DNA of 64,000 nucleotides from Pocillopora damicornis (Eukaryota): NCBI RefSeq assembly GCF_003704095.1, contig NW_020845831.1, positions 1 to 64,000 of the forward strand, read 5' to 3'. Shown piece by piece: positions 52,101 to 64,000 of this stretch (position 1 is its first letter; each line of letters starts with the position of its first letter). The notes under the pieces were generated by a model. It saw only the letters and a program-made list of their open reading frames with translations, ran no database searches and was not told where the DNA came from. The position numbers and the translations under genes were made by a program.

Positions 52101-52533
52101 GTGGAGGGGGTGGTGGTTGTAAGTACAAATTTTGCCTTAATCGAGATACATTTTCAGATCATTTTCCATTAGACCATTCATCACCGACGTTTTGTAATAT
52201 CAAAGCAAATAGATCGCAAATACAAACAAACAGACAGACAACAAATAATATAACAAGTAAAGGAAAAAAAGAGAAAAAGCTTAAAGCTATTACGAATGTG
52301 TCATCCTTGTACGTGACAAATAATTTCGCCTTTTCTAAAACAATGAGGCCCAGGCCATAAACAAGTGATTACAGTATCACCTGGAGTATTAATCATTGAA
52401 AAAGTTGAAATGTGTAAGTTCTTTTTCGTTAGCTTGTAGAGATGGCAACCGAGAATGTTACCTTTGGAAGTATCTTTGCCGCGAGCATGATTACGTTATC
52501 AAAAACTGCCTCAAAACATGTGGTCGATGTTGA
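49159..52533 (+). CDS. MMP paralogue E with Gly-rich linker and ShKT domain; exons 49159-49233, 50044-50414, 50901-51214, 52071-52118, 52433-52533
   Basis: Signal [43 protein letters not shown], linker [16 protein letters not shown] and Sh[34 protein letters not shown]. Confidence 0.92.
51702..51914. mobile_element. Degenerate piggyBac-type MITE (reverse relative of 10646-10843)
   Basis: TTAACTCTTCAACTCCC ... GAGTTAAAGTGTTAA ends; internal GAGAATTTGGTGT. Confidence 0.65.
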
Positions 52534-53538
52534 AGGTTAGTTCAGGATAATGCTTAGAAACATTGATAGGGGTATGCTGCCCTCTAACTTTACTGTGTTG
52601 AACAAAAAGAGAGATTCAATTTGATTATAAACGAGAATAAAATATATCGATATTGAAGACTTACTTCGGAGTACGGCACTGTCCATACAAAGAAAGCAGG
52701 ACATAATATATAGTTGTGGGCCATACTTTCTGGTGCCGCACACAAAGCTAAAATTGGGAAGCACTCCGGCGACAGAATCTTCGTGATCACAAGTTAACGG
52801 TCATTGATTACTCGTTGCCTTTGCGAAATTTCCCTCAATGTGCAGGTTTTATTGAAAAAGCTACCTCAAGAAAATCATTGATAAGGATTACTACTATTAA
52901 TATTCAAACTAGTTCTTTAATTCACTTCTTTTTCTCTTTCACTTAACAGCTTTTTAAAGAGTATTCTTCAATGTGACACCAAGAGAAGGAGTGATCCCAC
53001 TGTTCTATATCAATGATAAAAGTAACTGATAAACTAAATAAAAGACATGCTTCAATGAAGAAGGAGTCGTTTTCAAGGTATATCGTGTCTAGAGACCTGA
53101 TGCTCTGATTGCCGGCTAGTTTTCAAGTTTCGTCAATACATCTATTACAAAGTGACCGAGTAGGGAGGGGAGGGTACGGAAGTGAAGTTGGCTCCCCTCA
53201 CTCCTTACTGCCCCTGATTTGCTAAGGTAACAGTAATTGAAAAATAATACAATCTGGTGCGGTATGCTCCTAAATTCCTAGAAGACGTTTAGAAGGGAAT
53301 CTTCTTCGGAAAACTCCCACTAATGCCTCTAAAACAGCGAACAAGAACAAGAGACGCTATATAAACATTTGTCTGGAAAGCCGAGTAGGTAGTCGCTGTA
53401 CCATACCCCTGAGATACTCAAAATCGTTGCTTCCTTTGTGATTGAAATCAGTTTGCACACTTGGAAAATAATCCTACGGGAACTAAAGACACTAAGATAC
53501 CTGAGATACTTAGATAATAGGGATACGTGAGCGATAAG

Positions 53539-55697
53539 TTAATAGATGTCGCTATTTTTTATGTGATTTTCAATCCATTCCACAAAAGAACTCACACGAG
53601 CAAAAACCGAAAAATGTCTTCCGCCTGGACATCCGGGTATCCCCCAGCTCACAGCACCCCTCAAAACATATTTTCCATCCTCCTCGCATACTAAAGGCCC
53701 ACCACTATCACCATTGCATCCACTTATAGTTTTTCCTTTACCAAAACCTGCGCAAAGCATCGTTTCGTCGTCGATAGGCTGGAAAAAAGAATTTCCAATC
53801 CAACATGTTGAAAAATTGACTGTGGGTAATCGAGCTTGCTGCAGTTTTGGAGCTTTCTCGGACCGGGGAGCTCCAGGTTTCCAAACTCCCCATCCTAGGA
53901 AAGATTGGAAATCGAAATTATATGTCCAACATGTGTGATTTTAACTCATCTCCGGGCTAAGGAAAATTTTAGTTTAGTCCTTTCTTACAGGCTATTTACA
54001 TTAAACATTAACAAAACAATACGACGAACTACGAACGACGAACAAAGCAAAACAAAGTCAAACACAGAAAATCTAAGAGCTTGTCCAAGAAAGACAACAA
54101 AACGTAAATTATGGAAGCAACATGACTAGTATCGTTTGAAAAAAGCAGTTGAGAGGAAAACTACGTTTGCTGGTTTGCATAACTTTCGAAAATTCTCCCA
54201 ACACTCCTACTGTTCACACGAGGTTATGTAAACATGAAGTCCCTTAATGCCCTTTATAAAATATTTCTGGTAAACACAGAAAGCGCGGCGAAGTCACAAC
54301 CGTGTTTACATACTTTCATTCAAACTCGCTTATCTTAAATATGCTATAATAGGTAAATTTACGTGTATACCTGTCAAGTAACACATCTTGCCAATAGCAA
54401 CTCTGTTGTTCTGCTTTGGAAGGCATACAAGATTCACATCTTTATTAAGAATCGCGGGTCTTGACAGTTTAATAAGCGCAATGTCGTGACCATATCCCGA
54501 GAACTTTTGATATAGCCTGTTTAAGTACAACTGTGAAACCTCGAAATACTGTTCTGTTGGTTCTTTTTTCGCCCAATCATGATCTCCTATCAATTAATCA
54601 ATAAATAAACCGTCAGACATATATTTATCTGACTGCATATTTATCATACATTTATAGACCGTGCTTCAACTGTAATATGCCTTCGCTAAATGAGTTTCGG
54701 ATGGAATGGGGGGAAGGTGTATGTGGTGAAGTATTCTATTGAGCATTTTGTAACTAAACGCGTCTTCTGTAATTCGTTGGTCATCTGAGCTGGATAAATT
54801 TTGGGAGCCGCCAGGAAAACCAAATTTTTGATTGTACTGCTCATTGTAACCTCGGCGGCCGAAGTGCATTTCTGTATTGAACAAGTCGTGAATGCGTCTA
54901 CCAAGTGGACCGAATAAGATAAATATTGTTTCGGTGAGGCCCAGAGCAAGAAGCTATACTTTCTTAAAGAAATAAAGGTGTTGGACAGATTTCAATGAGG
55001 AACTTTTCTTTGAGCCCTCTTCTCGGTAACCAATGAAAAAAAGGGAGAATAATGCTCACAGATAAATTGCTTTTAAACCATTGTAGCCTTGCAAATTAAA
55101 CCCTTTAGCCTTGTCTCACTGAAGAAGGGAACAACATAGTACAGAATTTCAGGGACAGCTTTAGCCGTAAATCCTATGCCTAACCCTTATGGGTGCGTAT
55201 TGCTTCAGCGGTGCATTATTTGTCTGACACATATTTTAAGACAAACCTAGAATGACTTCATATATCCTTGGATCCGGGTGGAACGCCAGACAATGGGCTG
55301 CGGTGACGATCCATTCTGGATGAATCAGGGACGCGCCACACTTATGGCTCCACTTTCCATCTTTGTCCTGGAGAATGATCCTTGCTTGCCAAGGCCAAGA
55401 GTGTGGAATAGCTTCGTCACCACCAATTACTCGTGGTAGCGGAGGTCTACGACCGCAGTCTGTGGTTAAAATATACTTTCCTTTAAGTAAAGCACTTTCA
55501 TATTGCACACGCCTTGTAACACAGAGTGATTGTGGGTATTTCCTGCTTACTACATTCATGTGCTCTTTCCTTTGACTCGACGGCTTTATTTCAGATCTTT
55601 CATTCCCAAAGGGAAGTACAGCGGTAAGGGAAATCATTTTTGGATCTGGGAAGTTAAACACACTCACAGCTGTTGGGGAAGACAACGCGCTGCTTAA
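53539..55697 (-). CDS. S1A chymotrypsin/elastase-like serine protease A (signal-peptide exon not located); exons 55697-55668, 55459-55247, 54586-54371, 53894-53539
   Basis: CGRRPPLPR|VIGG activation site and HSWPWQ; catalytic triad [19 protein letters not shown]; residue 189 is Ser (non-trypsin). A 30-nt mini-exon has a good acceptor and a GTGAGT donor. Confidence 0.88.
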
Positions 55698-55719
55698 CTA
55701 AACCGAACAAGGAAATATC

Positions 55720-57856
55720 GACAACGGCGTAATATGTGACTAACACAGTCTATAGACTGTTCGATTTTACATGTTTTACGCCACTATCTGCGTCGATATA
55801 TCAATTATAAAAAATTAATATATAAAATTATGTTAACGGCGTAAAATTCATGTTCCATATACTACCAACTGGAAGAAGTGACGCCGTTACTTAACGTCGT
55901 AAAATTTTACAGTGTATAGTATCGACTAGAAGAAATTACGCCATCAGTAAACGGCGTAAAATCTTACAGTATATATATTACCGACTGTAAGAAATTACGC
56001 CGTTAGTTAACGGCGTAAAATCTTACTGTATGTATATATATATCGACTGAGCCAAATTACGCCGTTAGTTACCGACATAAAATTTTACAGTATGTATATC
56101 ACGACTAAGCAAAATTACTCCGTCAGTTAACGGCGTAAAATCTTACAGTATGTAAATATACCGAGTGGAAGAAATTACGTAGTTAGTTACCAGTGTAAAA
56201 TCCGGCTTACAGTATGTGTATACATCGACTAAATGAAATTACGACGTTAGTTACTGACGTATAATCGGCTAACAGTATATGTAACACCGACTGAATGATA
56301 TTACGGCGTTAGTTACTGGCGTAAATCTAACAGTATATTTATCACCGACTGAATGAAATTACGCCGAGTACCACTTTATCCCGCCTCCTTTACAGCCCTG
56401 TGCCTCCCGACTCTTTATCGTATTAGTCTTTAGGTTGATAACAAGGATCAGGTTTCAATTATTTTGCAAGAATTATCATTTTTTACCTATCCCAGGCGTT
56501 TCTTTTTTTGCTTTTGTTCTGTTTTGTTTTGCCCTTTTTTTTTTNNNNNNNNNNNNNNNNTTCTATAGATAATTATATAATTACAGGCTAGCTTTTACTG
56601 AGTTGTCAACAACCTGGTTATCACACTTTGATCATCGCTTCCTGTTTCTCACCATGGAGACCTTCTCATTCCATTGTCCAATATGATCACTGTTTAAGTT
56701 TCGAATATGTATTGACATGTGTTGTCCGTTTTAAATAGCAATTTGTCCTGTATTGTGCCGGAACCAGTTAATAATCCGACCGAATCTAAACATTACAATC
56801 ATACAGTATCGGTCCACTGTAAAAGTTCAGTACCAAAAGAAAAACACTATCTCGCACGAGGTTTTTCTCGCATATCATGTGATTTTGTTGACGTCATGAT
56901 GTCACACACTCGACCTAACGTGACACATTACATAACGCCACACATGCATTTAGGAATCCAGTAATTACTAGGATCATGCTATTTAGAGATGTAATTAAGG
57001 AGCTATTTAAACCAATTAATTTAACTAATTAAATACCCATCGCATTTAATTTTCGCTCCTCTTCGGAAGTAGCTATTGCCGTGAGCAATATGAAAGCTGG
57101 CTTCAATGAATGATTAATATCACTACACAGAGACTGTAGAACCGTTTGCATTTTGAGCGTTCATTTTAAGCTCTGGTAGAGTATTATTGTACATTACTGT
57201 CCGGCTGGTTATCACAGTATAAAACTAATCAGATTTCTCCGAGAAGTTGAAATCTTCTCTAAACCTCTGCGGAAAGTTTGAAACGTTATACATACATTTA
57301 TTCACAGGTATTATGCAGCTCTGCTGTGATTGTCAATTACAGAAACAAGGTCTTATATGGATTAATTTGTCGTTGCGACACCTAAAATAATGAGGCTGAT
57401 CAACAAAGACTTTTGACGACATTTAACCTGACTCAAAGTTTCTACTGATACAGCTTGCAAGACATCGACAAATGTGTATATTTTTCATGTCATCTCATTG
57501 AAGACCTATGACGTATTAAAGCAACTCACATAAAATTTAATTCAGTCGGTACATTTTCAACCTGAAAGATTTTACACCAGAAACTAACGGCGTAATTTGG
57601 CTCAGTCGGTGTTATATATACTTAAAGATTTTACGCCAGTAACTCACGGCGTAATATTTGTCGGTAATATATATATATATACCGTAAGATTTTGCACCGA
57701 TAACGAACGGCGTAATTTCTTTCAGTCGGTATATATACATACTAAGAGATTTTACACCGTTAGTAGGCTTAAAATCTTACAATATGTACACCGACACAGA
57801 TAGTGGCGTAAAATCGTGCAGTCTATAGACTGTTGGTCACTTATTACGCCGTTATC
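55720..57856. mobile_element. Foldback-like element: long inverted ends, each followed by inward-facing tandem arrays of a palindromic ~58-62-bp unit
   Basis: Left end AACGGCGTAATATGTGACTAACACAGTCTATAGACTG...TTTTACGCCACTATCTG matches the reverse complement of ~57795-57853. About 9-10 units at 55830-56368 and about 4 inverted units at 57540-57770. Spans the N gap. Confidence 0.7.
56545..56560. other. Assembly gap (16 N)
   Basis: Run of N following a poly-T tract. Confidence 1.
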
Positions 57857-59108
57857 TAATCGCAAGTGACACATGAGAATCATACAGGTCGTTGGGCAGA
57901 GCATGTTTGCCGTTTAGTTCTTGCGCAAATTTGTGTTTAAATCTGCATTAATTGATGCAGCTAACAAGTGAGAGGTGACAAGAGTCTTTTGCGTTTATTT
58001 TCGGGCAGATTTGTGTCATGCAAAACACAACGACTGTTTAATGAGTAAACACATTGAGTGGGAACAAAGTCGGCCGATGATGAAGTAGACTAGTAAAATT
58101 GCCTGACAAAGATTTCGTTGTTATGAGATATCGATAGCAAGGAATGATGCGAGTTTAATCTAAAATTAAAATGAGCACACAATTCCGGTTTAATTTTTCA
58201 ACAGGAAAGCATTTCGTGATCCTTACTTCATCGATTCAACGACAATTGGATCGACAATCATTACAACGATAGCAAGATCGAAGCAAACCCTTTTGTTTTC
58301 AATTCAGTGATAATAGAAAGCTCAGAACTTCAAAGAAGTGCCAACGAATTTAAGAAAATGTATTCGAGGAGAGAATCGAGTTTCAGAAAGACTAGTAAAT
58401 CAAACAAGAGGTGCGTAATTAATGCTGTACTGAATCAGTAGAAATAACATGTCACAAACCTTCTAAGCCAAGACACGACACGAAAATAACTGCTAATTGA
58501 AGTATGGTGTAACTTTTTTTCTCCATATGTAGATGGATGCAGTTAGCCACAGTAAATACGATACGATCACGGTTCTCTATCCCATAAGTACAGATAGAAA
58601 CTGGAGAAATTGGATCACTCAACAGTGCCACTCAGTTCGCATTCCGATAGCGTGACAATGAAAATATAACGTAACGCTAGAAGCAGCAATACACGTGACC
58701 TTTTTTTGCCATTAGTTCATGTCGTCACACGGGAGAATTACAAGAAATATCGGCGTGTAATGAACACAATCTCAAATTTTTAAAGCAGTAAAGTGAAAAA
58801 CGTTTTGAGACCGAAAGGTAAGTGAGTATTTTAGTGTTTTACTACCTAAATTTAGTGTTTTGCTTTGTAATTTTACAACGTACAAATAAATATAACTCGA
58901 AAAGCCCTTCACCTAAAATATAAGCTTATACTTTCTTGATCTGATATCTCAATTAGCGATAACACCAGAAATTATTTGCTTCTGTGATATTAACTATATA
59001 TATATATACCCAACTTGTTAGAGTACGTTGTCATGAAATAATGCACCCCTGGACTGCCTGGACATGGACATCTGGGGAAACTGATAATGCATTTTGGAAG
59101 TGGTAGAC

Positions 59109-59250
59109 CTGTTCTCGATGAGGTGCACTTCTTGCGATTGTGCTGCGATCCAGCGAGTCCTTCGGAAAAACATGTCACCGAGAGCAGAGCTTGTAAGACA
59201 CTTTTCAGAAAACAAGTATTTCCTAGGTTTGAAATTCCCTTTGGTTCCAT
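59109..59250 (-). pseudogene. Orphan ubiquitin-specific protease (peptidase C19) Cys-box fragment
   Basis: MEPKGISNLGNTCFLKSVLQALL matches the USP Cys-box GLxNxGNTCFxNSxLQAL; no His-box or further exons recognised. Confidence 0.65.
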
Positions 59251-60381
59251 TTGACCGTGAGTAGTGTTTCGAATTAACGAAGAAAGCGTATTTTAGCCAA
59301 AGGCAGAGGAGTCCTGTATGACCGGGGCGCAGCGAGATAAGGTAATATTATTTCCCGCGAAAATTACAAGAACAAAGGTTAATAGATAACTTCCCATTTG
59401 TTTTTTCCCGCGCAAGTAACAAGAATGTTCCCTTCCCTGTCCCCCTCCAACGCACTTCAACCAGTCAAGGGAGGTGAGTGAAGAATTGGCAATATGTCAT
59501 CAGAAGGCTTGGTTACCTAATTGAGCCTGGTGTCTAAGCTCTTTTAGAAAGTGATCCCAAAAAAAATTTTGCGAAGCGCCATCTTGGATTGCGTGGCGCA
59601 CCAAATCGACGTTGGACGGGCTTGAGTATGCACGGAAACGCGAGGCGAGCACGTGTAGTGAGACATGCACGAGGAGAGAAGCGCGGCAAAGATATCGCCT
59701 ATACACACGTAATGAATCTTGACTGGCTATTCCTTCCCGGCTGATACAATAGTGACCCCTGACGAAGTTACAGTCACGACGACTTTCACTTATCTGAATG
59801 CGTATATCTGGCGTGACATCACCTATATTAAGTTATTTTATGTTCTCTTACTCAATTCATGCAACAAGATGATGACATGTGGATAGCTTGCACTTACTGA
59901 TCCACTGTTTTACAATTGCCATGTATCAGAGAATTTGAGTTTAAAATTTGCCCGTAAAACCAAATTTGAGCCAAGAAAGAGGTATGTAAATACAGATCTA
60001 GCTTAATTGGTTATACAGAAAAAAAACTGTTCTGAAAATTATTTGTGTTGCTTCAGGTTTTGTTGCTTTTTATTCCGGTTCACGTTACAACTCTCTACAA
60101 ACGTCTATCACATTTTACTGTATTTGTCATGCGTCACTTTATTGTAACTTATTGTAACTTCACGTATTTTCCATGCCCCTAACAAGACGAACTGTTTTAG
60201 AAGTAGGTTCCTTATACAATATCTGCCTTTCCATGTTTGCAACCTGAAAAATTAAAGACAAACGCGATTGAAAGATGAAGTCTATCACTTAAGCTCAAGC
60301 CCCATTCATCACGGGGAAAATCAAGAAAGTCATATACAGGACCTTCGCAACGTGGCTCACACCTTTGAAAGAGCTCAAGGC

Positions 60382-63300
60382 TTAATTGGAGCAGTGTCCG
60401 CAGCTCTTGCGACAGAATAACTTCATGTAGTTCCTATACCATGGTCTTCCACAAAACTTTTCCTTGGACCACTTTCCACAATGCAGCAAGTCATCATTGC
60501 AAGACTCACCTATGGGGAGGAGGGCAGGCGGAGTTAATATACATGGGAAAGTTTGATTAGAAAGCTGTTCTCAACTTTGGTGGGTTTAAGTTAACCATTT
60601 ACAGTTTTGTGTAAATTGCAGAATGTAATGGATAAATCACTTACTATTCTCAACGGATCCTTTTGCAATTGGCAAGAGTAAATTTGAAATGTTCAGTTCT
60701 TGATATCTGTAACACTTTGTTGGATCAAAACTTTGACATTCTCTATTAAATTTATTTTAATTGACAAAGAAGGAATTATAAAGATCCTGTTTATCTTACC
60801 AGACACATGTTCTGGTTTTATTTTAGTGGCGGAGATCCAATCAACAAATGTGCTGATCCGAGTAAAAACAGAGAATGTCGAACCAGCTTTACACCGATGG
60901 TCTCCCCAGCTTACAGCTCCTCTTAAGACCCAAAGTCTGCGCTCCCGACAGACGAAAGGTCCCCCGCTATCACCATGGCAACCACCGATTACGCTACTTC
61001 CACCGTAACCAGCACACAACATAGTTTCATCGTTCACTTTGGCGTAAGACAAGTTGGCATTTCCAGCAGCACAGGTCTGGTAGTCTACAACTGGCATCTT
61101 AGCTTGTTTAAGAACTTTCGAAAAGTCAGAGTTCAAGTTCGACGATGTTTTGCCCCAGCCTTGGGCAAAAGAAAAGAGTGAAGTTAGAACGATAGAGCGT
61201 GAACAGTATTCAGTATGCACGATTCCAATACCTAGATACTAAACAGCTTCTTCAGATTTCTAAGGAGTTCATCCTTAAGATTACCTTATTCAAGGACACA
61301 CCACTGACCAGTTTGATGTTTGGTTGGAGAGACTAACTACTACACGGGGATTATGGAGAGGGGGAGGGAGAGGAAATGAAGGGGAGAGAAAGGGAGGCCG
61401 GGGTTCCGAGGTCCAACGTAAAAGTAATTAAGGTGAGCGTGCCGCCGGACCATAGCGTAGGAAGGTGGACTCTCAAGTTCAAACCTAAGCACTGAAGTAA
61501 CGTGCGAAAGCGATTTGTTACTGTATCCGAAGAGGAAGCTTCGAGGTACACATCTTGACAGGGGAGTTAAGTCTGATATTTGTATTTTTTGCTGATACGT
61601 AAGTCTGGTGAGAAAGGCCTGCAGGTATTTGTCAAATTGAATCTGTTTTACGAATTCAAGGACAATTAGAAAGTTTATCTCACACTGTTCATCTCTCTTA
61701 CTATGAATAAATATCTCAACTGAAAGCCTTATCGTGTTGTTTCCAAATGAATACAGCTCCTTCATAGCTATGCTTTATTGAATTCTCCGATTGAGGCTTT
61801 TCAGAATATAATTTCAATATGAAAAATGATATTAAAAGAATTTAAAAAACTGTAGTTATATCCCAATGCATATGATAATTATATTTAAAAACCATATATC
61901 AGTACTCCTTAAAAATATTCTTTAAAACTAGTTTAAAACTTGAAAAAGAGTCAGTACATTTAACACTCTAGGGCAGGTTGTTCCATACTGTAAGTAAAGT
62001 GTTATTTTCACTAACAAGGACCCGGAGTGAAATTATGCACTTTTTTTAGGTAGTTTTGGCTAACATATTTACACTCTGAAACTTACCAGTGATGAAACAT
62101 AATTTTCCAACAGACACCCGCTTTCCTTGTTCAGGAAGGCAGGCTGGCCAGACTCTTCCAGGCTCTAAAATAACAGGTCTTGCTAGTTTCACCAGCGCAA
62201 CATCAAAGCCGTAGCCATGAGTCATATATTCTTCGTGGATCCTTACGCTTGCCACATCGTATACGTCGTTGTTCTCGTATGGCTCCTTTACTTCAGTTCG
62301 ATGTGTCTGTCCTGTTAAAATACGATCCTGTCATTAGTTGCCCATACACAAGTCGCCAGCTGAGGCGGCTTTACCCCTCTTTGGAGTGTACTTAATTAAT
62401 CATGGTACACGAATGGTATTGATTCTCTTTCTGAACAAATCAACACTCCTGACTAAAGAAGTCAAATATACTCTCATAAATCAGTTCACAGAAAAGAAGA
62501 AGAGGCATATAATTAAGGAACAGGAGAAGCATATGGAGACAGAGACTGCGTACTAGCTGAGGAAGGGATGAAAAATACTGATAAAGTTGTAGGGACATTT
62601 CTAAACATAAATTATATCGAACGCCTGACCACGAAGAGAAGGAACTGGAGGACTATGAGCTACTATGTTTACTTACCTACGACAACTTTATAATGGTCTG
62701 GGGTGGGGTACATGAAAACGCAATGAGCAGCTGTCACCACCCATTGAAGATCAATTAAGGTTCCTCCGCAACGATGAGAGAAGACTGGTTTCAAGTCATT
62801 GTCAGCTGATGGTTGTGACATTAGGAGCTCTATTTGCCAGGGCCAGGAACCTTGTTTGGCTTCCTCTCCTCCAACAATGCGAGACGACGGATTTCGCTGT
62901 CCACAATCGCTAAATGAGGACGCTTTCAGCGAAAAAATTTAATTGATAAAAGGTAAATAGAGCATCATTGATAAGGCAAAAAATAAATAAATAAATAAAC
63001 ACACAGAAATAATAAGAAAGAGGAAAGTGCAAATGAATGATATAAATATAACGTTAAGATTTGTTGAAGGATGGAGATAAAGTGGGAAAGAAACCGAGAT
63101 AAAGTAATAAAAGAAAAGAAAAAAAACACACCAATTTGGTAATTAGACACTCATTTAAGCTACAAACGTTAGATTCTACACTAGCCACTTTTGCTTAATG
63201 CACAACTTGAACGTTTTTCAATGAAGCGCTTAGATTAGGAGTACGATGACAGATCACATAGGTGCGACAATATTTGTATTTGGGTGATGAATGAGGCATT

Positions 63301-63789
63301 GGAATAGTTTTGTAACTAAGATTGGTTGTTTAAAAGAGCATTTTCATCCGTTTAAAGAGAACCCTTGATAATAAAAAAGGCGAAACAGCATCGATTTATA
63401 AGGCATTACCGTCAAATTTTGATGGTCAAAGTTCCATGGAGTGTCTGACTATTTTACAGTTCTCGAAAACAGTTTGTTTCATGACGCCTTTTCCGATGTC
63501 CTTTGATTTCTTTTGCTTTTTCAACGCTATTACGCGTCAGGGGTAAAGGAATGAGCGAACTGCGTAGTTTGAAAGGAATTACTCTACTTCTTTACACTTA
63601 AGTTAAGAGATATAACCAGTTTACATTTATATGACGACTAGACGTGGTATATGACGAATTTGCACTTCAAAAAAATATGGCTGTCCCTACATGTATTCTT
63701 CAATCACGTAAAGTAAGCTACAGAAATGTCTCACCTTGATTGAGCTGCAATAAGCAAATTGCCAGAAAAACCACCACCGCAACTACCAT
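60382..63789 (-). CDS. S1A serine protease B with C-terminal ShKT domain; exons 63789-63735, 62922-62677, 62311-62087, 61159-60800, 60509-60382
   Basis: Signal [28 protein letters not shown]|[23 protein letters not shown] (residue 189 is Gly). Last exon encodes [39 protein letters not shown]. Confidence 0.92.
61775..62030 (-). mobile_element. LINE 3'-end remnant in intron of protease B
   Basis: Minus-strand [22 protein letters not shown] resembles the WNxLP...SLxxFKxxLK end of L2/CR1-group ORF2; followed by an AT-rich UTR ending in CTGAAAAGCCTCAATCGGAGAATTCAATAAA. Confidence 0.55.
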
Positions 63790-64000
63790 TTTGCTTGTTG
63801 AAAATACTGCTCCAAGTAGTGTTACTACGTGTTTCAGTTTAAGTAAAGAATCCTTTCAAATGAAAATTGCTTTAGGCTCAAAATCAACATCATTCATAGT
63901 GAATGATCATTGTGAGACGACTTTTCTTTGTCGTTCCTAGGGAGTTGTTCAAACAAATAAGGCCGATATAAAAGCTATAATGAGGATATGAACGATCAAA

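Noticed and set aside
55830-56368. CRISPR-like array (palindromic ~26-bp repeats with ~35-bp spacers)
   Set aside because: The spacers are homologous to each other (CTTACAGTAT...CGACTG..GAAA), the repeats are degenerate, there are no cas genes and the context is a eukaryotic intron. It is a minisatellite within a repeat element.
59516-59921. Open frame of ~100 codons with possible splice sites upstream of the USP fragment
   Set aside because: No recognisable motif or signal peptide, and it overlaps a CpG-rich promoter-like region where stops are naturally scarce.

Overview
AT-rich eukaryotic (metazoan) genomic DNA with GT-AG introns. The gene content (ShKT-bearing proteases) and dense MITE/SINE/LINE remnants suggest an anthozoan, most likely a stony coral; this is inference. 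The supplied ORF track ignores splicing, so gene models were rebuilt by hand. From left to right: (1) the 3' part of GABARAP/ATG8; (2) an intronless 249-aa orphan ORF with an N-myristoylation motif; (3) a NERD-like PD-(D/E)XK nuclease fused to a Schlafen/UvrD-like SF1 helicase, interrupted by two in-frame TGA codons and a homopolymer frameshift; (4) head-to-head with it, a ~690-aa ARM-like + carboxylate-clamp TPR + MYND zinc-finger gene; (5) five matrix metalloproteinase paralogues without hemopexin domains, four ending in a Gly-rich linker plus ShKT domain and one minimal; (6) two S1A serine proteases, one with a C-terminal ShKT. Between the two serine proteases lie a foldback-like element built of palindromic ~60-bp repeats, a 16-N gap and an orphan USP Cys-box fragment. 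The best candidates for an undescribed system are the nuclease-helicase/TPR-MYND divergent pair and the ~39-kb secreted protease-ShKT cluster.
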